Shown: positions 1 to 9,120 of the stretch, one piece after another | How positions within the stretch are numbered: the first letter of the stretch is position 1 | How the letters are laid out: each line of letters begins with the position of its first letter | Virus genome (UHGV): UHGV-0277313 | DNA: 64,000 nucleotides | Strand: one strand, 5' to 3' | Source: a virus | Translations under genes and position numbers: made by a program | The notes under the pieces: model-generated | Told to the model about the DNA's origin: nothing | Databases searched by the model: none | What the model saw: only the letters and a program-made list of their open reading frames with translations

Positions 1-1
1 A

Positions 2-247
2 AACGAGTTTATTAAGTATGAAGCAGATGAGAACTTCAACTTCATTGATGTTGTTAATGGTAATTATCGGTTGATGACAACGTGTTGTGTACAATACACT
101 TCAGAGATATCATATTGTATTTTAGGCATTGATGATTTTGATGTGTTGTATAAATATAGAAATAAACTTAATCAGTTAGATATCTATATCACAGATGGAA
201 TAATTAAGGTTAGAGCAATCGGTCAGATAACCTTGAACAATCTGTAA
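2..247 (+). CDS. C-terminal-tail paralog family member (5' truncated by window edge)
   Basis: ORF ends ...KVRAIGQITLNNL*; shares DxDxLxKYRNKLxxLDIYxxDxIKVRxIG block with 1383-1697 and 2192-2548. Confidence 0.5.
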   Translation, partial: NEFIKYEADENFNFIDVVNGNYRLMTTCCVQYTSEISYCILGIDDFDVLYKYRNKLNQLDIYITDGIIKVRAIGQITLNNL

Positions 248-298
248 TATATTGACATTTATCTATACTTTTTATATAACATATGTAAGGGTGATATA

Positions 299-622
299 GT
301 GGATATTAATAGAGAAAGGTTTGTACAGTTGATACAAAAGGTACATGATCAAACTGTAGACTTTGATAAAGGGTCAGTACTGTGTGTCATTAAAGATTTA
401 GCTAGAGAACCGATATACTGTGTTAGTATAAATGATGAATTGTACTATCGTATTATTGTTAAAGTAAAGACTATTCCTTTAGGAAGTATGTTATCTAAAA
501 CTATCTATATCAAAGATAACTTGTTAAAGAGTATATACGATATAGAAAAAACATCATTTAAAATGAATGGTGATTTTATTGAGTTAGAAAACATAGGTCA
601 GATTGTTTTGGAAGAAATTTAA
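299..622 (+). CDS. C-terminal-tail paralog family protein (ends ENIGQIVLEEI)
   Basis: 107 aa ORF; promoter-like TTGACA at ~254 upstream; conserved C-terminal [DE][IV]GxxxLxx[IV] tail. Confidence 0.6.
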   Translation: MDINRERFVQLIQKVHDQTVDFDKGSVLCVIKDLAREPIYCVSINDELYYRIIVKVKTIPLGSMLSKTIYIKDNLLKSIYDIEKTSFKMNGDFIELENIGQIVLEEI

Positions 623-713
623 AATAATGTCAACTTTGATTGTTGCAAACAAGATTTTTAAAGATATATCTATTATTTATAATATGAATGAAGAAAGACT
701 TAAGAATATATAG

Positions 714-1064
714 GTGATTGCTATGCGTGGTAGATTTTATATCATTGAAAGAAGACATCAGAATGATGATACAGACATTATCACATTGAACCGTTGTAAA
801 GGTAATATCATCACACAATCTGAAGAAGAGTTTTTTAATTATATAAAAGACTATCGTTTTAAAGAGTATACGAAATACGCTATCAAGTTTACTGATTGTT
901 TTAATATAGCATTATACTTAAATAAAGTAATGAATATTTTATCAAGATATAGACTGATTGATTGTATGGTTTCTATCAGTGAAGTAGATGAGCGTCATTA
1001 TTTTAATATTGAGTTTCAAGTATTGAACAAACATATTGGTACATTCGCTTTAGAAAGTATTTAA
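714..1064 (+). CDS. C-terminal-tail paralog family protein (ends HIGTFALESI)
   Basis: 116 aa ORF, SD taggtga upstream, conserved tail. Confidence 0.6.
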   Translation: MIAMRGRFYIIERRHQNDDTDIITLNRCKGNIITQSEEEFFNYIKDYRFKEYTKYAIKFTDCFNIALYLNKVMNILSRYRLIDCMVSISEVDERHYFNIEFQVLNKHIGTFALESI

Positions 1065-1084
1065 TATAGATAGGAAGGTGTGTC

Positions 1085-1369
1085 ATGCCGACATTGATTG
1101 TAGCCAATAAAGTCATTAAAGATGTGTCTATAGTAAATAAGCAAAGAAATCGTATTACACTTCGTATGTTAACTAAAGACTCGAATTACTTCAAACATGA
1201 TATCAAAAATGCAAATAAAGATGATCCTGTTATGTATGAAGCGTTTAAAAGAAGTTGCGCGTGTACGTTGTTTGTAAATACAGAATCTTTTAGTAATTGT
1301 GTTGCAGTAAACATTCGCAAATCACGTTTAACAGGTTATCGTATTGTGACATTTGAAAGATTATCATAA
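1085..1369 (+). CDS. hypothetical protein (no family tail)
   Basis: 94 aa ORF, SD aggaaggtg 6 nt upstream of ATG. Confidence 0.5.
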   Translation: MPTLIVANKVIKDVSIVNKQRNRITLRMLTKDSNYFKHDIKNANKDDPVMYEAFKRSCACTLFVNTESFSNCVAVNIRKSRLTGYRIVTFERLS

Positions 1370-1382
1370 ACAGGTGACTGTA

Positions 1383-1697
1383 ATGAAGATGACGATTAGA
1401 CAACGTAAAATTTTAGCTGATAAAATATCTGAACATCTAGTAACTATCAAAGAAAGCGATTCAAATAAGTTTGTTTATTTAAAGGGTAAAAGCCTTATTG
1501 ATATTGTTGATGGTCGCTATACATTATGGACAACTTGTCTAGGTACATTTAAACAACCCGTGTTTTGTGATTTGTATATTGATGATATTGATTTGTTGTT
1601 AAAATATCAAAACAAACTTAATGAATTGGATATTTATGTTGATAAAGATTTCATTAAGGTGCGCAATATTGGTGAAATGACATTCAATAAGATATAA
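1383..1697 (+). CDS. C-terminal-tail paralog family protein (ends NIGEMTFNKI)
   Basis: ORF track gives 1353 start; ATG at 1383 is preceded by SD aggtga and avoids overlap; conserved tail. Confidence 0.6.
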   Translation: MKMTIRQRKILADKISEHLVTIKESDSNKFVYLKGKSLIDIVDGRYTLWTTCLGTFKQPVFCDLYIDDIDLLLKYQNKLNELDIYVDKDFIKVRNIGEMTFNKI

Positions 1698-1707
1698 CTT
1701 TTTTATG

Positions 1708-2076
1708 TCATACTTCATTCAAACAAATTGAACCTATTTCTTTTTCTGATATTTCTATTGCATTTAAATCTTTATTTAATATCAATTCAACATCTTCTTT
1801 TTTAACTGTGTCAATTTTAGATAACAAACGTTTATTGATATATGCCGTGTCTTGTGCAAATACGACATCGTTACCCATGTATGAAAAAGTTTCCAGTTGA
1901 ACGGGTTGTAAATTATCATCTTGATAAAACAATTCTTTTTCTTTTATTTTTGTGGTAACGTCTGTTATATAAAAACGTTGATCCCTGTTTAAAAGATTTA
2001 TTGCATACGACATGTTTTTCAACAGACTTGTCAGTATCACGTCAACATCTTGATTTTGCATTTTATTCTGAATCAC
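1708..2076 (-). CDS. C-terminal-tail paralog family protein on minus strand (ends EIGSICLNEV)
   Basis: 122 aa minus-strand ORF carrying the same C-terminal tail; own TTGACA...TATAAA promoter on minus strand at ~2105-2133; alternative start ATG at 2061. Confidence 0.55.
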   Translation of the reverse strand: MIQNKMQNQDVDVILTSLLKNMSYAINLLNRDQRFYITDVTTKIKEKELFYQDDNLQPVQLETFSYMGNDVVFAQDTAYINKRLLSKIDTVKKEDVELILNKDLNAIEISEKEIGSICLNEV

Positions 2077-2191
2077 TTTTTATCATTTACATTAAATTAA
2101 CTTTATAGTATTTATCATTTTCTGTCAATACAAAATATTTTATTGACAAGTGTTTATATATTCTATATGATAGAACTGTTGATTTGGTGAG

Positions 2192-2548
2192 GTGTATGTA
2201 ATGGTTGAGTTCATGAAACTGTCAAAAATTGATAGAATTAATTTTGCAGAAGAGTTGGCAAAACATATTGCAACTATTAATGAAAGGGTTTTATCAACAT
2301 CGTCAGTTGTTGCATATAAGAGTGGCAAAGCAATGATTGTAAAAAAGGGTGATATGTATGCATTGTGGACAGTGTGTCACCCGCAGTATGAAGCACTTGA
2401 TTCTTATGTTAAAACATGTGTGTTATGGCTTAAAGATTTTGATTTGTTATGGGATTATCGTAATAAATTAAAGCAGCTTGATTTGTATATTGAAAATGAT
2501 TGCATTAAGGTTCGTCATATTGGTGAATTTGTAATGAATAGGATTTAG
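2192..2548 (+). CDS. C-terminal-tail paralog family protein (ends HIGEFVMNRI)
   Basis: 118 aa; promoter TTGACA(2143)-N17-TATGAT upstream; tail motif. Confidence 0.65.
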   Translation: MYVMVEFMKLSKIDRINFAEELAKHIATINERVLSTSSVVAYKSGKAMIVKKGDMYALWTVCHPQYEALDSYVKTCVLWLKDFDLLWDYRNKLKQLDLYIENDCIKVRHIGEFVMNRI

Positions 2549-2556
2549 GTGCAGAC

Positions 2557-2913
2557 ATGAGAAAGTTTAAGATGTATCATAAATTAGATAAAAAGCAAAT
2601 TTTCCAATTAAAAAAGCGGTTGCAGAATCGTGAATATATTGGAGTCGATAATAATAAATATCGTTTTCCTTATATACGAAATTTTGTTGTTTTTGATTCT
2701 GCAGAAGTTTGGGAATATGAAGATGGTGAAGTTTGGTATCACTTCGATATAAAGTCTGAATGTATTAAAAATAAAAAATTGGATTGGCATTTATTTTGCA
2801 TTCCGGAAAATGATGTAGAAGAATTTTTAAATAGTCATTGTAAGTTTCATATTGATACAGAGTCAAGCATCATTTTAGATACAGTAGGTCAAACTGTTTT
2901 GGAGAATATTTAA
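2557..2913 (+). CDS. C-terminal-tail paralog family protein (ends TVGQTVLENI)
   Basis: 118 aa ORF, tail motif. Confidence 0.65.
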   Translation: MRKFKMYHKLDKKQIFQLKKRLQNREYIGVDNNKYRFPYIRNFVVFDSAEVWEYEDGEVWYHFDIKSECIKNKKLDWHLFCIPENDVEEFLNSHCKFHIDTESSIILDTVGQTVLENI

Positions 2914-2915
2914 TT

Positions 2916-3248
2916 ATGATATTTTCAGATAAGCAAAGAATCGTTTTAGCGAATTTATTTGACGGTTTGACATTCAATGATGGTGAGTATTCCTATATAG
3001 TTATTTCTTCAAACTATAAGGATATTAATGCTATATGTAGCGAGGTTGACTTTAATAATGTTAAATATTATGTAATCGAAGTAATTAGTCAAGAAAGATA
3101 TCAATACTTAACGAGACGTAAACATATAGGGTTGTTTGTCAAGGAAGATTATTTGCAGTGTATCTTGGATAACAAGTGCAAAGTCTATATTGATGGCTTC
3201 GTTGTATGTATTCATGACGTTGGAAACTTTTGTTTAGATGAGGTTTAG
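2916..3248 (+). CDS. C-terminal-tail paralog family protein (ends DVGNFCLDEV)
   Basis: 110 aa ORF, tail motif. Confidence 0.65.
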   Translation: MIFSDKQRIVLANLFDGLTFNDGEYSYIVISSNYKDINAICSEVDFNNVKYYVIEVISQERYQYLTRRKHIGLFVKEDYLQCILDNKCKVYIDGFVVCIHDVGNFCLDEV

Positions 3249-3250
3249 CA

Positions 3251-3721
3251 ATGGGCGATAAGATACGTTTCAAAATGATTAAAAATCCGAAAATAAAAAA
3301 ACATCGTATTTGTGGCAAGTTTTTTAAAAAGTTGTCTGAACAGCCCCCAACACACGGTGAATGGTTATATTCAACAATCTTTTTTGGAAATCGTTATGAT
3401 AGAAGACGTTTTAAATTTTTGTTGTCGTTGCTGTTTGATGACATTCAAGGAAAGCCTATTTTATATAGTTCAGGTGATTCACGAGTTTTAACACCTGAAA
3501 AGGTTACTGACATTTCATATAATACAGTCGATAAACAATATTATTTTATTGTCAAATGTACCTGTTTTCATTATGTGGCTGTGGTTATTTCAAAAGAGCT
3601 ATGGCACGAATTGATTCATCTGAAAAACAAATATTGTGATTTGAAGTTTGAAACAGATTTGATAGGTAACGAGCATTTGGTAAAACAACAAATTGGGGCA
3701 TCGTGTTTAAATGGTATATAA
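3251..3721 (+). CDS. C-terminal-tail paralog family protein, NRYDRRR subgroup (ends QIGASCLNGI)
   Basis: 156 aa; N-terminal FFGNRYDRRRFKF block shared with next two genes. Confidence 0.65.
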   Translation: MGDKIRFKMIKNPKIKKHRICGKFFKKLSEQPPTHGEWLYSTIFFGNRYDRRRFKFLLSLLFDDIQGKPILYSSGDSRVLTPEKVTDISYNTVDKQYYFIVKCTCFHYVAVVISKELWHELIHLKNKYCDLKFETDLIGNEHLVKQQIGASCLNGI

Positions 3722-4097
3722 AAAACGAGTTCAGAAATTATTTGATTTGAAGCCCGTTAATAATCCGTTCTGGGTTTTTTATAAAGGTTTTGTGCTAAAT
3801 CGTTATGAAAGAAGAAGACTAAACAAAATTATCCGTTTCGTAAAAACAAATGATACTTTCAAGGATTTTGGAATATTAAAAGTTGAAAATATATGTTATA
3901 AAAGAGACTATCAATTAGTCGAGATACGTGTACTATGTTTAGAATATGACTATATAAGTGTTGCTGTAAAAAAAGATTTGTGGGAAAATTTATTGAAGTT
4001 TGATATTAATTACTTAACTGTCAGTCACCCGCTTGATTTTTACTATATAGTAAATGTTGATAAAACAGTTGGTGAAGTGACTTTGAATAATTTTTAA
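3711..4097 (+). CDS. C-terminal-tail paralog family protein, NRYDRRR subgroup (ends TVGEVTLNNF)
   Basis: 128 aa; FVLNRYERRRLNKI block; tail motif. Confidence 0.65.
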   Translation: MVYKKRVQKLFDLKPVNNPFWVFYKGFVLNRYERRRLNKIIRFVKTNDTFKDFGILKVENICYKRDYQLVEIRVLCLEYDYISVAVKKDLWENLLKFDINYLTVSHPLDFYYIVNVDKTVGEVTLNNF

Positions 4098-4137
4098 TGT
4101 CGCTTGAAAATATGTTTTCAGTTTATGAAAGATTGTC

Positions 4138-4533
4138 ATGGGAAAAAGATTTAAAAAGATTGCTGATACTTACCAGTTCGTAACAGGTTTTATATTGAAT
4201 CGTTATGACAGGCGTCGGTGCAATAAAATTAGAAAGACTTTCATTGGAAGAGAAATTGAAGCGTACAATGTTGGTAATGAACAGTCTGATGTTTTAACAA
4301 TCAATGACGTGTCTTTGTGGGAATATAAAAGAAATCTTAATCGATACCTTTTTATCTTTAAATTATCAAACGGTTTCAGCACACCAGTCTTTTTGGATGG
4401 AACATTATATGATAACTTGAATCAGGTTGATAACAAACAGTTAGGAATGAAGTGTGTTATTTATAATTCGGATCGTTTTGAGCAGTATATTGTTTTAAAT
4501 GATATTGGCGACGCCTGTTTAAAAACATTTTAG
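4138..4533 (+). CDS. C-terminal-tail paralog family protein, NRYDRRR subgroup (ends DIGDACLKTF)
   Basis: 131 aa; FILNRYDRRRCNKI block; tail motif. Confidence 0.65.
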   Translation: MGKRFKKIADTYQFVTGFILNRYDRRRCNKIRKTFIGREIEAYNVGNEQSDVLTINDVSLWEYKRNLNRYLFIFKLSNGFSTPVFLDGTLYDNLNQVDNKQLGMKCVIYNSDRFEQYIVLNDIGDACLKTF

Positions 4534-4626
4534 AATAGTTAATATTTTTTAAAGTTAAATATTTTATACATAAGACGTTGTAATGTAAGGTATGTTTTCA
4601 TTAACAGTCATGGAGATAATTTCTAG

Positions 4627-4980
4627 ATGAACGCAGATGCCATTGTAAAGAAAGTTGTTGATTGGTTTGTAGGTCAAACGGTTAGTGTGAACAAACCTAA
4701 TTCTGATATAACTTTAACATTTCATATAGATGAATTCATACCTTCAGAAACATTGGAACTGTCTGATGGTATTTATTTGCGCTTTAATACTAAAATTAGG
4801 AACGATAATGAAGTGATACTTTGTTCAATTTTGATGGTTGATAAAAGATTTTTTGATGCTATAGAATCAACAGATACAAAATTCTTCAGGTATTCAAGTA
4901 AGTTTTTAAATTATTCAGCAGGGTATATTTTTTTCTTTGAGTTTGCAGATTTAAATAACGAATGTCTTGAAAATATTTGA
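4627..4980 (+). CDS. probable divergent family member (ends ADLNNECLENI)
   Basis: 117 aa ORF; degenerate tail lacking the Gly. Confidence 0.5.
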   Translation: MNADAIVKKVVDWFVGQTVSVNKPNSDITLTFHIDEFIPSETLELSDGIYLRFNTKIRNDNEVILCSILMVDKRFFDAIESTDTKFFRYSSKFLNYSAGYIFFFEFADLNNECLENI

Positions 4981-4991
4981 ACAGGTGAATT

Positions 4992-5357
4992 ATGAAGTTT
5001 GAACACACTGATAAAGACATTATTGATAAATGTGAAGCTATCCTTTTAAGAGTTGTAAACATTAACGATATTTATTATAGTAATGACAGGTTTTCAGCAG
5101 GAATAATTTCAACTATGTCTGATCCGCCGTATAGAGAAAAAGCAAAAGGTATATATGTGTTTGTAGATGCAACAAGATATTCAACAAATAAAAACGATGC
5201 AGTGTTGTGTGTTTACATTTGTAACGAGTTATTAGAACTAGACAAACAAGATATATCCAAGAAACAATTTAAAATTGAGAATACACAGATTAATTCGTTG
5301 AATTATTTACATGTTTGTGAAATTGGTATTGGTGAATCTGTTTTGGAACAAATGTAA
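4992..5357 (+). CDS. C-terminal-tail paralog family protein (ends EIGIGESVLEQM)
   Basis: 121 aa ORF, tail motif. Confidence 0.6.
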   Translation: MKFEHTDKDIIDKCEAILLRVVNINDIYYSNDRFSAGIISTMSDPPYREKAKGIYVFVDATRYSTNKNDAVLCVYICNELLELDKQDISKKQFKIENTQINSLNYLHVCEIGIGESVLEQM

Positions 5358-5409
5358 TGTTTGATTAAATAAATTGAAAGTTATTCTAAATTAGAAGGTA
5401 ATTAAACTT

Positions 5410-5718
5410 ATGACGAATTTTGTAGCATTTAATGGAAAGACTTTAAAAGTAATTTGCAAAGAATTAGGCTTGAATTATACAACTGTCACACAACGAAGAA
5501 TGAAAGATCCGGGAAAACCTTTAGAAGCGTACCTGTATCCGGCAAGAAAGAATAAAGGTGGAAACTGTTGTGCAGATTATTTTACAAACGATGGTAAATC
5601 TGTTTATCAATTATTTAAAAACAACAAATCACAATATTCAAAAATGCTCTATTTAATGGGGAAGAAGAAATTAAGTTTCGATGAAGCTTATGAAATTGTC
5701 ATGGAAGAAAACAAGTAA
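5410..5718 (+). CDS. hypothetical protein
   Basis: 102 aa ORF, SD agaaggt upstream; no tail motif. Confidence 0.5.
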   Translation: MTNFVAFNGKTLKVICKELGLNYTTVTQRRMKDPGKPLEAYLYPARKNKGGNCCADYFTNDGKSVYQLFKNNKSQYSKMLYLMGKKKLSFDEAYEIVMEENK

Positions 5719-6056
5719 TGCCGTATACGTCATACATATATGAAGAATTAACAGTAACAAAAGCTTTTGAATTTAAGGAAGCTTTAAAAGGAACAAAATT
5801 TTTATTTAAAAATAATACTTATACTATTGTTGACATTGGAACTTGTTTGTATTCCTTACATGGTTCTGAACCGTGGTCGTTGAAAGTTAAAGCTGTCACA
5901 GATGCAAACGGTATATCAATGACAAGAGAGTTTTCATTTTATATTGATGAAAGTTTAATCGATAATAATCTTGATTATAAGAACATGATGTTCGGGATTG
6001 TTAATGATGAAATCGTAGCTTCAAGTGTAGGACAAGAAGTGTTAAACCAAATATAA
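5718..6056 (+). CDS. C-terminal-tail paralog family protein (ends SVGQEVLNQI)
   Basis: 112 aa, tail motif; followed by bidirectional terminator. Confidence 0.65.
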   Translation: MPYTSYIYEELTVTKAFEFKEALKGTKFLFKNNTYTIVDIGTCLYSLHGSEPWSLKVKAVTDANGISMTREFSFYIDESLIDNNLDYKNMMFGIVNDEIVASSVGQEVLNQI

Positions 6057-6086
6057 AACAAAATTGATTAATTTTAATGTATTATA

Positions 6087-6128
6087 AAAGCGGCTGATCA
6101 TTTTAAGGTCAACCGCTTTTATTTTTAT
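6087..6128. terminator. bidirectional rho-independent terminator
   Basis: near-perfect hairpin aaagcggctgatca...ggtcaaccgcttt followed by T-run, between convergent genes. Confidence 0.7.
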
Positions 6129-6140
6129 CTAATTAACTGT

Positions 6141-7043
6141 TTACTGTTTATCGATTTGATGTTGTTTAAGATATTCACGAATTTCATCATCAAACGCAAA
6201 AGACAGTGCTGTTTTATTTTCATCAGAAACAGCATCAACATCAGCACCTTTTTCAACTAGCAATTTGACAGTATCAAAATCATTATGAAGTGTCGCATTC
6301 ATCAATGCCGTCATCCCTGTAGATGAACGAGCATTAACGTCAGCACCGTTTTCTAATAACATCTTAATGATATCTATAGAGTCTTGACGGCAAGCAAAGA
6401 TTAAAGGAGTGTCGCCTTCCCAATCTGTATTATCAATATCAGCACCAAGTTCTATAGCTTTTTGTGCAAGTTCAAGTTTATTGAGAATGCAGCTTCCAGT
6501 TAAAAGACGATTCGGGTCTTTAATTTCCGCATTGTGTTTGATTAATGTTTCAATAATATCATAAGCGTATTCGTATGCACCTTCTGATAACAGAACGTCA
6601 GCAGTTGTCATTCCGTTTATATTAGTAATGTTTGTATCAGCACCATGTTCTAATAACCAATTTATAGTTTCAATATCACCATAACCGAGACATGTGATAT
6701 ATAAAATTGTTTCGCCGCTTTTATTTTTAAAATTTAAATCAGCCCCGTGTTCATATAATAATTGAGCAACTTCAAGATTGTCAAGATAGATAGCACGAAA
6801 CAAAGGAGTTTCACCAAATTGGTCTGTCATGTTGACATCAACTTGAGGGTTATCTTCCAGAAGTTGTTTAATTGTTTCGAAGTCATTTGAGAACAGTTTG
6901 ATTTTCGTATCATCTGTTTCATCTTCTTCAATCATTTTTATAACCATTTCTTTTAGTTTGTATTTAACTGAACGTTTAAAAGATTCGAGTTTTAAATTTT
7001 CATCATTCATGTATTTAGTCCTTGTGTCAATAAAACGATGCAA
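6141..7043 (-). CDS. ankyrin-repeat protein
   Basis: 300 aa; repeated G(A/E)(D/T)xNxx(D/N)xxGxTPLxxAxxxxxxxxxxLLExGAD units (e.g. GETPLFRAI..LLYEHGADLN, GMTALMNATLH..LLVEKGADVD). Confidence 0.8.
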   Translation of the reverse strand: MHRFIDTRTKYMNDENLKLESFKRSVKYKLKEMVIKMIEEDETDDTKIKLFSNDFETIKQLLEDNPQVDVNMTDQFGETPLFRAIYLDNLEVAQLLYEHGADLNFKNKSGETILYITCLGYGDIETINWLLEHGADTNITNINGMTTADVLLSEGAYEYAYDIIETLIKHNAEIKDPNRLLTGSCILNKLELAQKAIELGADIDNTDWEGDTPLIFACRQDSIDIIKMLLENGADVNARSSTGMTALMNATLHNDFDTVKLLVEKGADVDAVSDENKTALSFAFDDEIREYLKQHQIDKQ

Positions 7044-7530
7044 CTTTTGGTGATAGTGTTTTTAAGTATTTTGGTTCGACAATGTCTAGCATGTTTACTT
7101 TTTTAAGTAAGCTATACGGAGATGACCAAATATTTTCTTGACTATATAAATCAGCACCATGACGAAGCAAATAATTTATTTTATCTTTTTCATCATCAAT
7201 ATCTTCTTGTGTTGTGTGACTATCTAAACTATCAACAAAATTTTTTGTAATCATCTGTAAGACTTTATTCATTCGTTCATTATCAAAATAAACTTTATAA
7301 TGATCAAGAATCAAATCAGCAACGTCAAAAGCTTTACTTTCAAAACAAATAGCAAATGCGATTCGACTATCAATTCCTAAATCTTTAGGATGCTGTTCTT
7401 CAAAAGATTTAATTTCATCAACAGTCATTGTTTCGACAGTTGCATATTCACGTTCAACAAGTTGTGTTAATTTGTTATTGATGACTGTTTTAAAGCTTTC
7501 GATTAAAGTTTCTTTGTTCAACATTGACAA
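7027..7530 (-). CDS. hypothetical protein
   Basis: 167 aa ORF co-directional with and overlapping the ankyrin gene start. Confidence 0.55.
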   Translation of the reverse strand: MSMLNKETLIESFKTVINNKLTQLVEREYATVETMTVDEIKSFEEQHPKDLGIDSRIAFAICFESKAFDVADLILDHYKVYFDNERMNKVLQMITKNFVDSLDSHTTQEDIDDEKDKINYLLRHGADLYSQENIWSSPYSLLKKVNMLDIVEPKYLKTLSPKVASFY

Positions 7531-7591
7531 CCTGATATTTATATGTTAAGTTAATTATCTTAAAGAACGGTTGTTTTGAAAGATGATTTAG

Positions 7592-7942
7592 ATGTCTAAA
7601 ATAAAAAATATCACAAAACTAATGCTGAATAGTTTTTTAATAAATGATTGGTTTTTCAATTTAACATCTGAACAACAAAATAAAATGTTGGGTTTATTGA
7701 AGAGAGTTGTTAAAAATGATTATAATTTAGATATTGAAATCAAGGGTGTTATTTCACAAACCTTTTTCATTAGCTCAATTTGTTTTACAATAAAATTAAA
7801 CAATGGTGAACAATTGGAAATCTATGTTTCTGACGAAATTGACAACTATAAAGATAAACTAGATTGTATCTGTTTAAAAAGAGTTAAAGACAATGAGTTC
7901 AATGTTGCAGAAATTGGTGAATCAGTGTTAAAAGAGTTGTGA
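7592..7942 (+). CDS. C-terminal-tail paralog family protein (ends EIGESVLKEL)
   Basis: 116 aa, tail motif. Confidence 0.6.
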   Translation: MSKIKNITKLMLNSFLINDWFFNLTSEQQNKMLGLLKRVVKNDYNLDIEIKGVISQTFFISSICFTIKLNNGEQLEIYVSDEIDNYKDKLDCICLKRVKDNEFNVAEIGESVLKEL

Positions 7943-7943
7943 T

Positions 7944-8279
7944 ATGATTGATTTTGATAAGTTAACAAAAGAACAGTTATACGAATTCATTGATGTTTTT
8001 GATGAATTGATTTTAAAAGAATACGGTTGGTGTCGAGCGTATGATAAAGAAGCGTTTTTGGAAGATTTGCTAGAAACAATTCACAAGGTTGATAACGTCT
8101 ATTGTTTTTATGTGGATGTTAAAAGAAAGGGTGGCAAGAAACGCAATTCAAGATTTTTCTATTTTGATACATTATTTTTTGAGAGCAAATGTAAATTTCA
8201 CAAAATGAAATTGAAACGTGTTGATGAAACAACATTCATGTTAGCAGATGTTGGTTATGAATTGTTAAGAAATATTTAA
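7944..8279 (+). CDS. C-terminal-tail paralog family protein (ends DVGYELLRNI)
   Basis: 111 aa, tail motif. Confidence 0.6.
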   Translation: MIDFDKLTKEQLYEFIDVFDELILKEYGWCRAYDKEAFLEDLLETIHKVDNVYCFYVDVKRKGGKKRNSRFFYFDTLFFESKCKFHKMKLKRVDETTFMLADVGYELLRNI

Positions 8280-8287
8280 GTAGGAAG

Positions 8288-8662
8288 ATGTACATGCAAT
8301 TACAGGTAGGTATTGGTTTAGATAGTGTTGTTAAAAAGTCACAAGAGTTAGTTGAACAATCATCACCTTTATATATTGATGACAATGGAGTCAAGAGGTT
8401 AGTATTAGGTGTTCATACAAGGATTGATTCCGGTTTAATTTTTGATGATGATTACTATTATATTGATGTTGCAACAAAGATAGTTGACGAAGATTATTTT
8501 CAAACAAAAGCAACAATCCGTGTAGCTGTTGATAAAAAAGTTATCGATGCAATAAAAGACGTAAAACAATATAAAGCAAAATTTGTTAATAGAAATGTTT
8601 CAATATGTAATAACGTTCTAGAAATCGTGGAATTAGGTGAACGTGTTTTACAAAGGATTTAG
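8288..8662 (+). CDS. C-terminal-tail paralog family protein (ends ELGERVLQRI)
   Basis: 124 aa, tail motif. Confidence 0.6.
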   Translation: MYMQLQVGIGLDSVVKKSQELVEQSSPLYIDDNGVKRLVLGVHTRIDSGLIFDDDYYYIDVATKIVDEDYFQTKATIRVAVDKKVIDAIKDVKQYKAKFVNRNVSICNNVLEIVELGERVLQRI

Positions 8663-8667
8663 ATATC

Positions 8668-9060
8668 ATGTTAATGAAGCTTCCAAAAAATTCACAAGTA
8701 ATGAAAAATGCAAGAAACTTATTTAAAGCAGCTAAAGGTTTACAAGTTGAAGTACCCGAAAATAAAGCGTTTGTTATTACAGAAATGGTTGATTCAACTA
8801 TAGTTTATAAAATGGATGCAAACGGTTGTGAATATTTAGGGTTCAGTGTTAAATCGTTATATTTTTATTTAGGTATATTGAACGGAGAACATCCAATTAT
8901 TATTAATACGATTTGGTGTTTGCGTAGTTGGATTGAACAAACATCAGATTTTAAAAAGGAAAATCTTGAATTCTTTCAATTTGATGGAACAGGTAATCTA
9001 TATGGTAAATTAATTATTCAAGATAAATCAATTGGACAAATGCTATTAAACAATGTTTAG
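8668..9060 (+). CDS. C-terminal-tail paralog family protein (ends SIGQMLLNNV)
   Basis: 130 aa, tail motif. Confidence 0.6.
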   Translation: MLMKLPKNSQVMKNARNLFKAAKGLQVEVPENKAFVITEMVDSTIVYKMDANGCEYLGFSVKSLYFYLGILNGEHPIIINTIWCLRSWIEQTSDFKKENLEFFQFDGTGNLYGKLIIQDKSIGQMLLNNV

Positions 9061-9064
9061 CTAT

Positions 9065-9093
9065 TGACATTTTTGAAATTTTATTATAATATA
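9065..9093 (+). promoter_or_regulatory. sigma70-like promoter (TTGACA-N17-TAATAT)
   Basis: ctaTTGACAtttttgaaattttattaTAATAT upstream of kinase-phosphatase-ligase gene. Confidence 0.5.
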
Positions 9094-9120
9094 AAAATCT
9101 AATTGATTAAGGACACGCTA

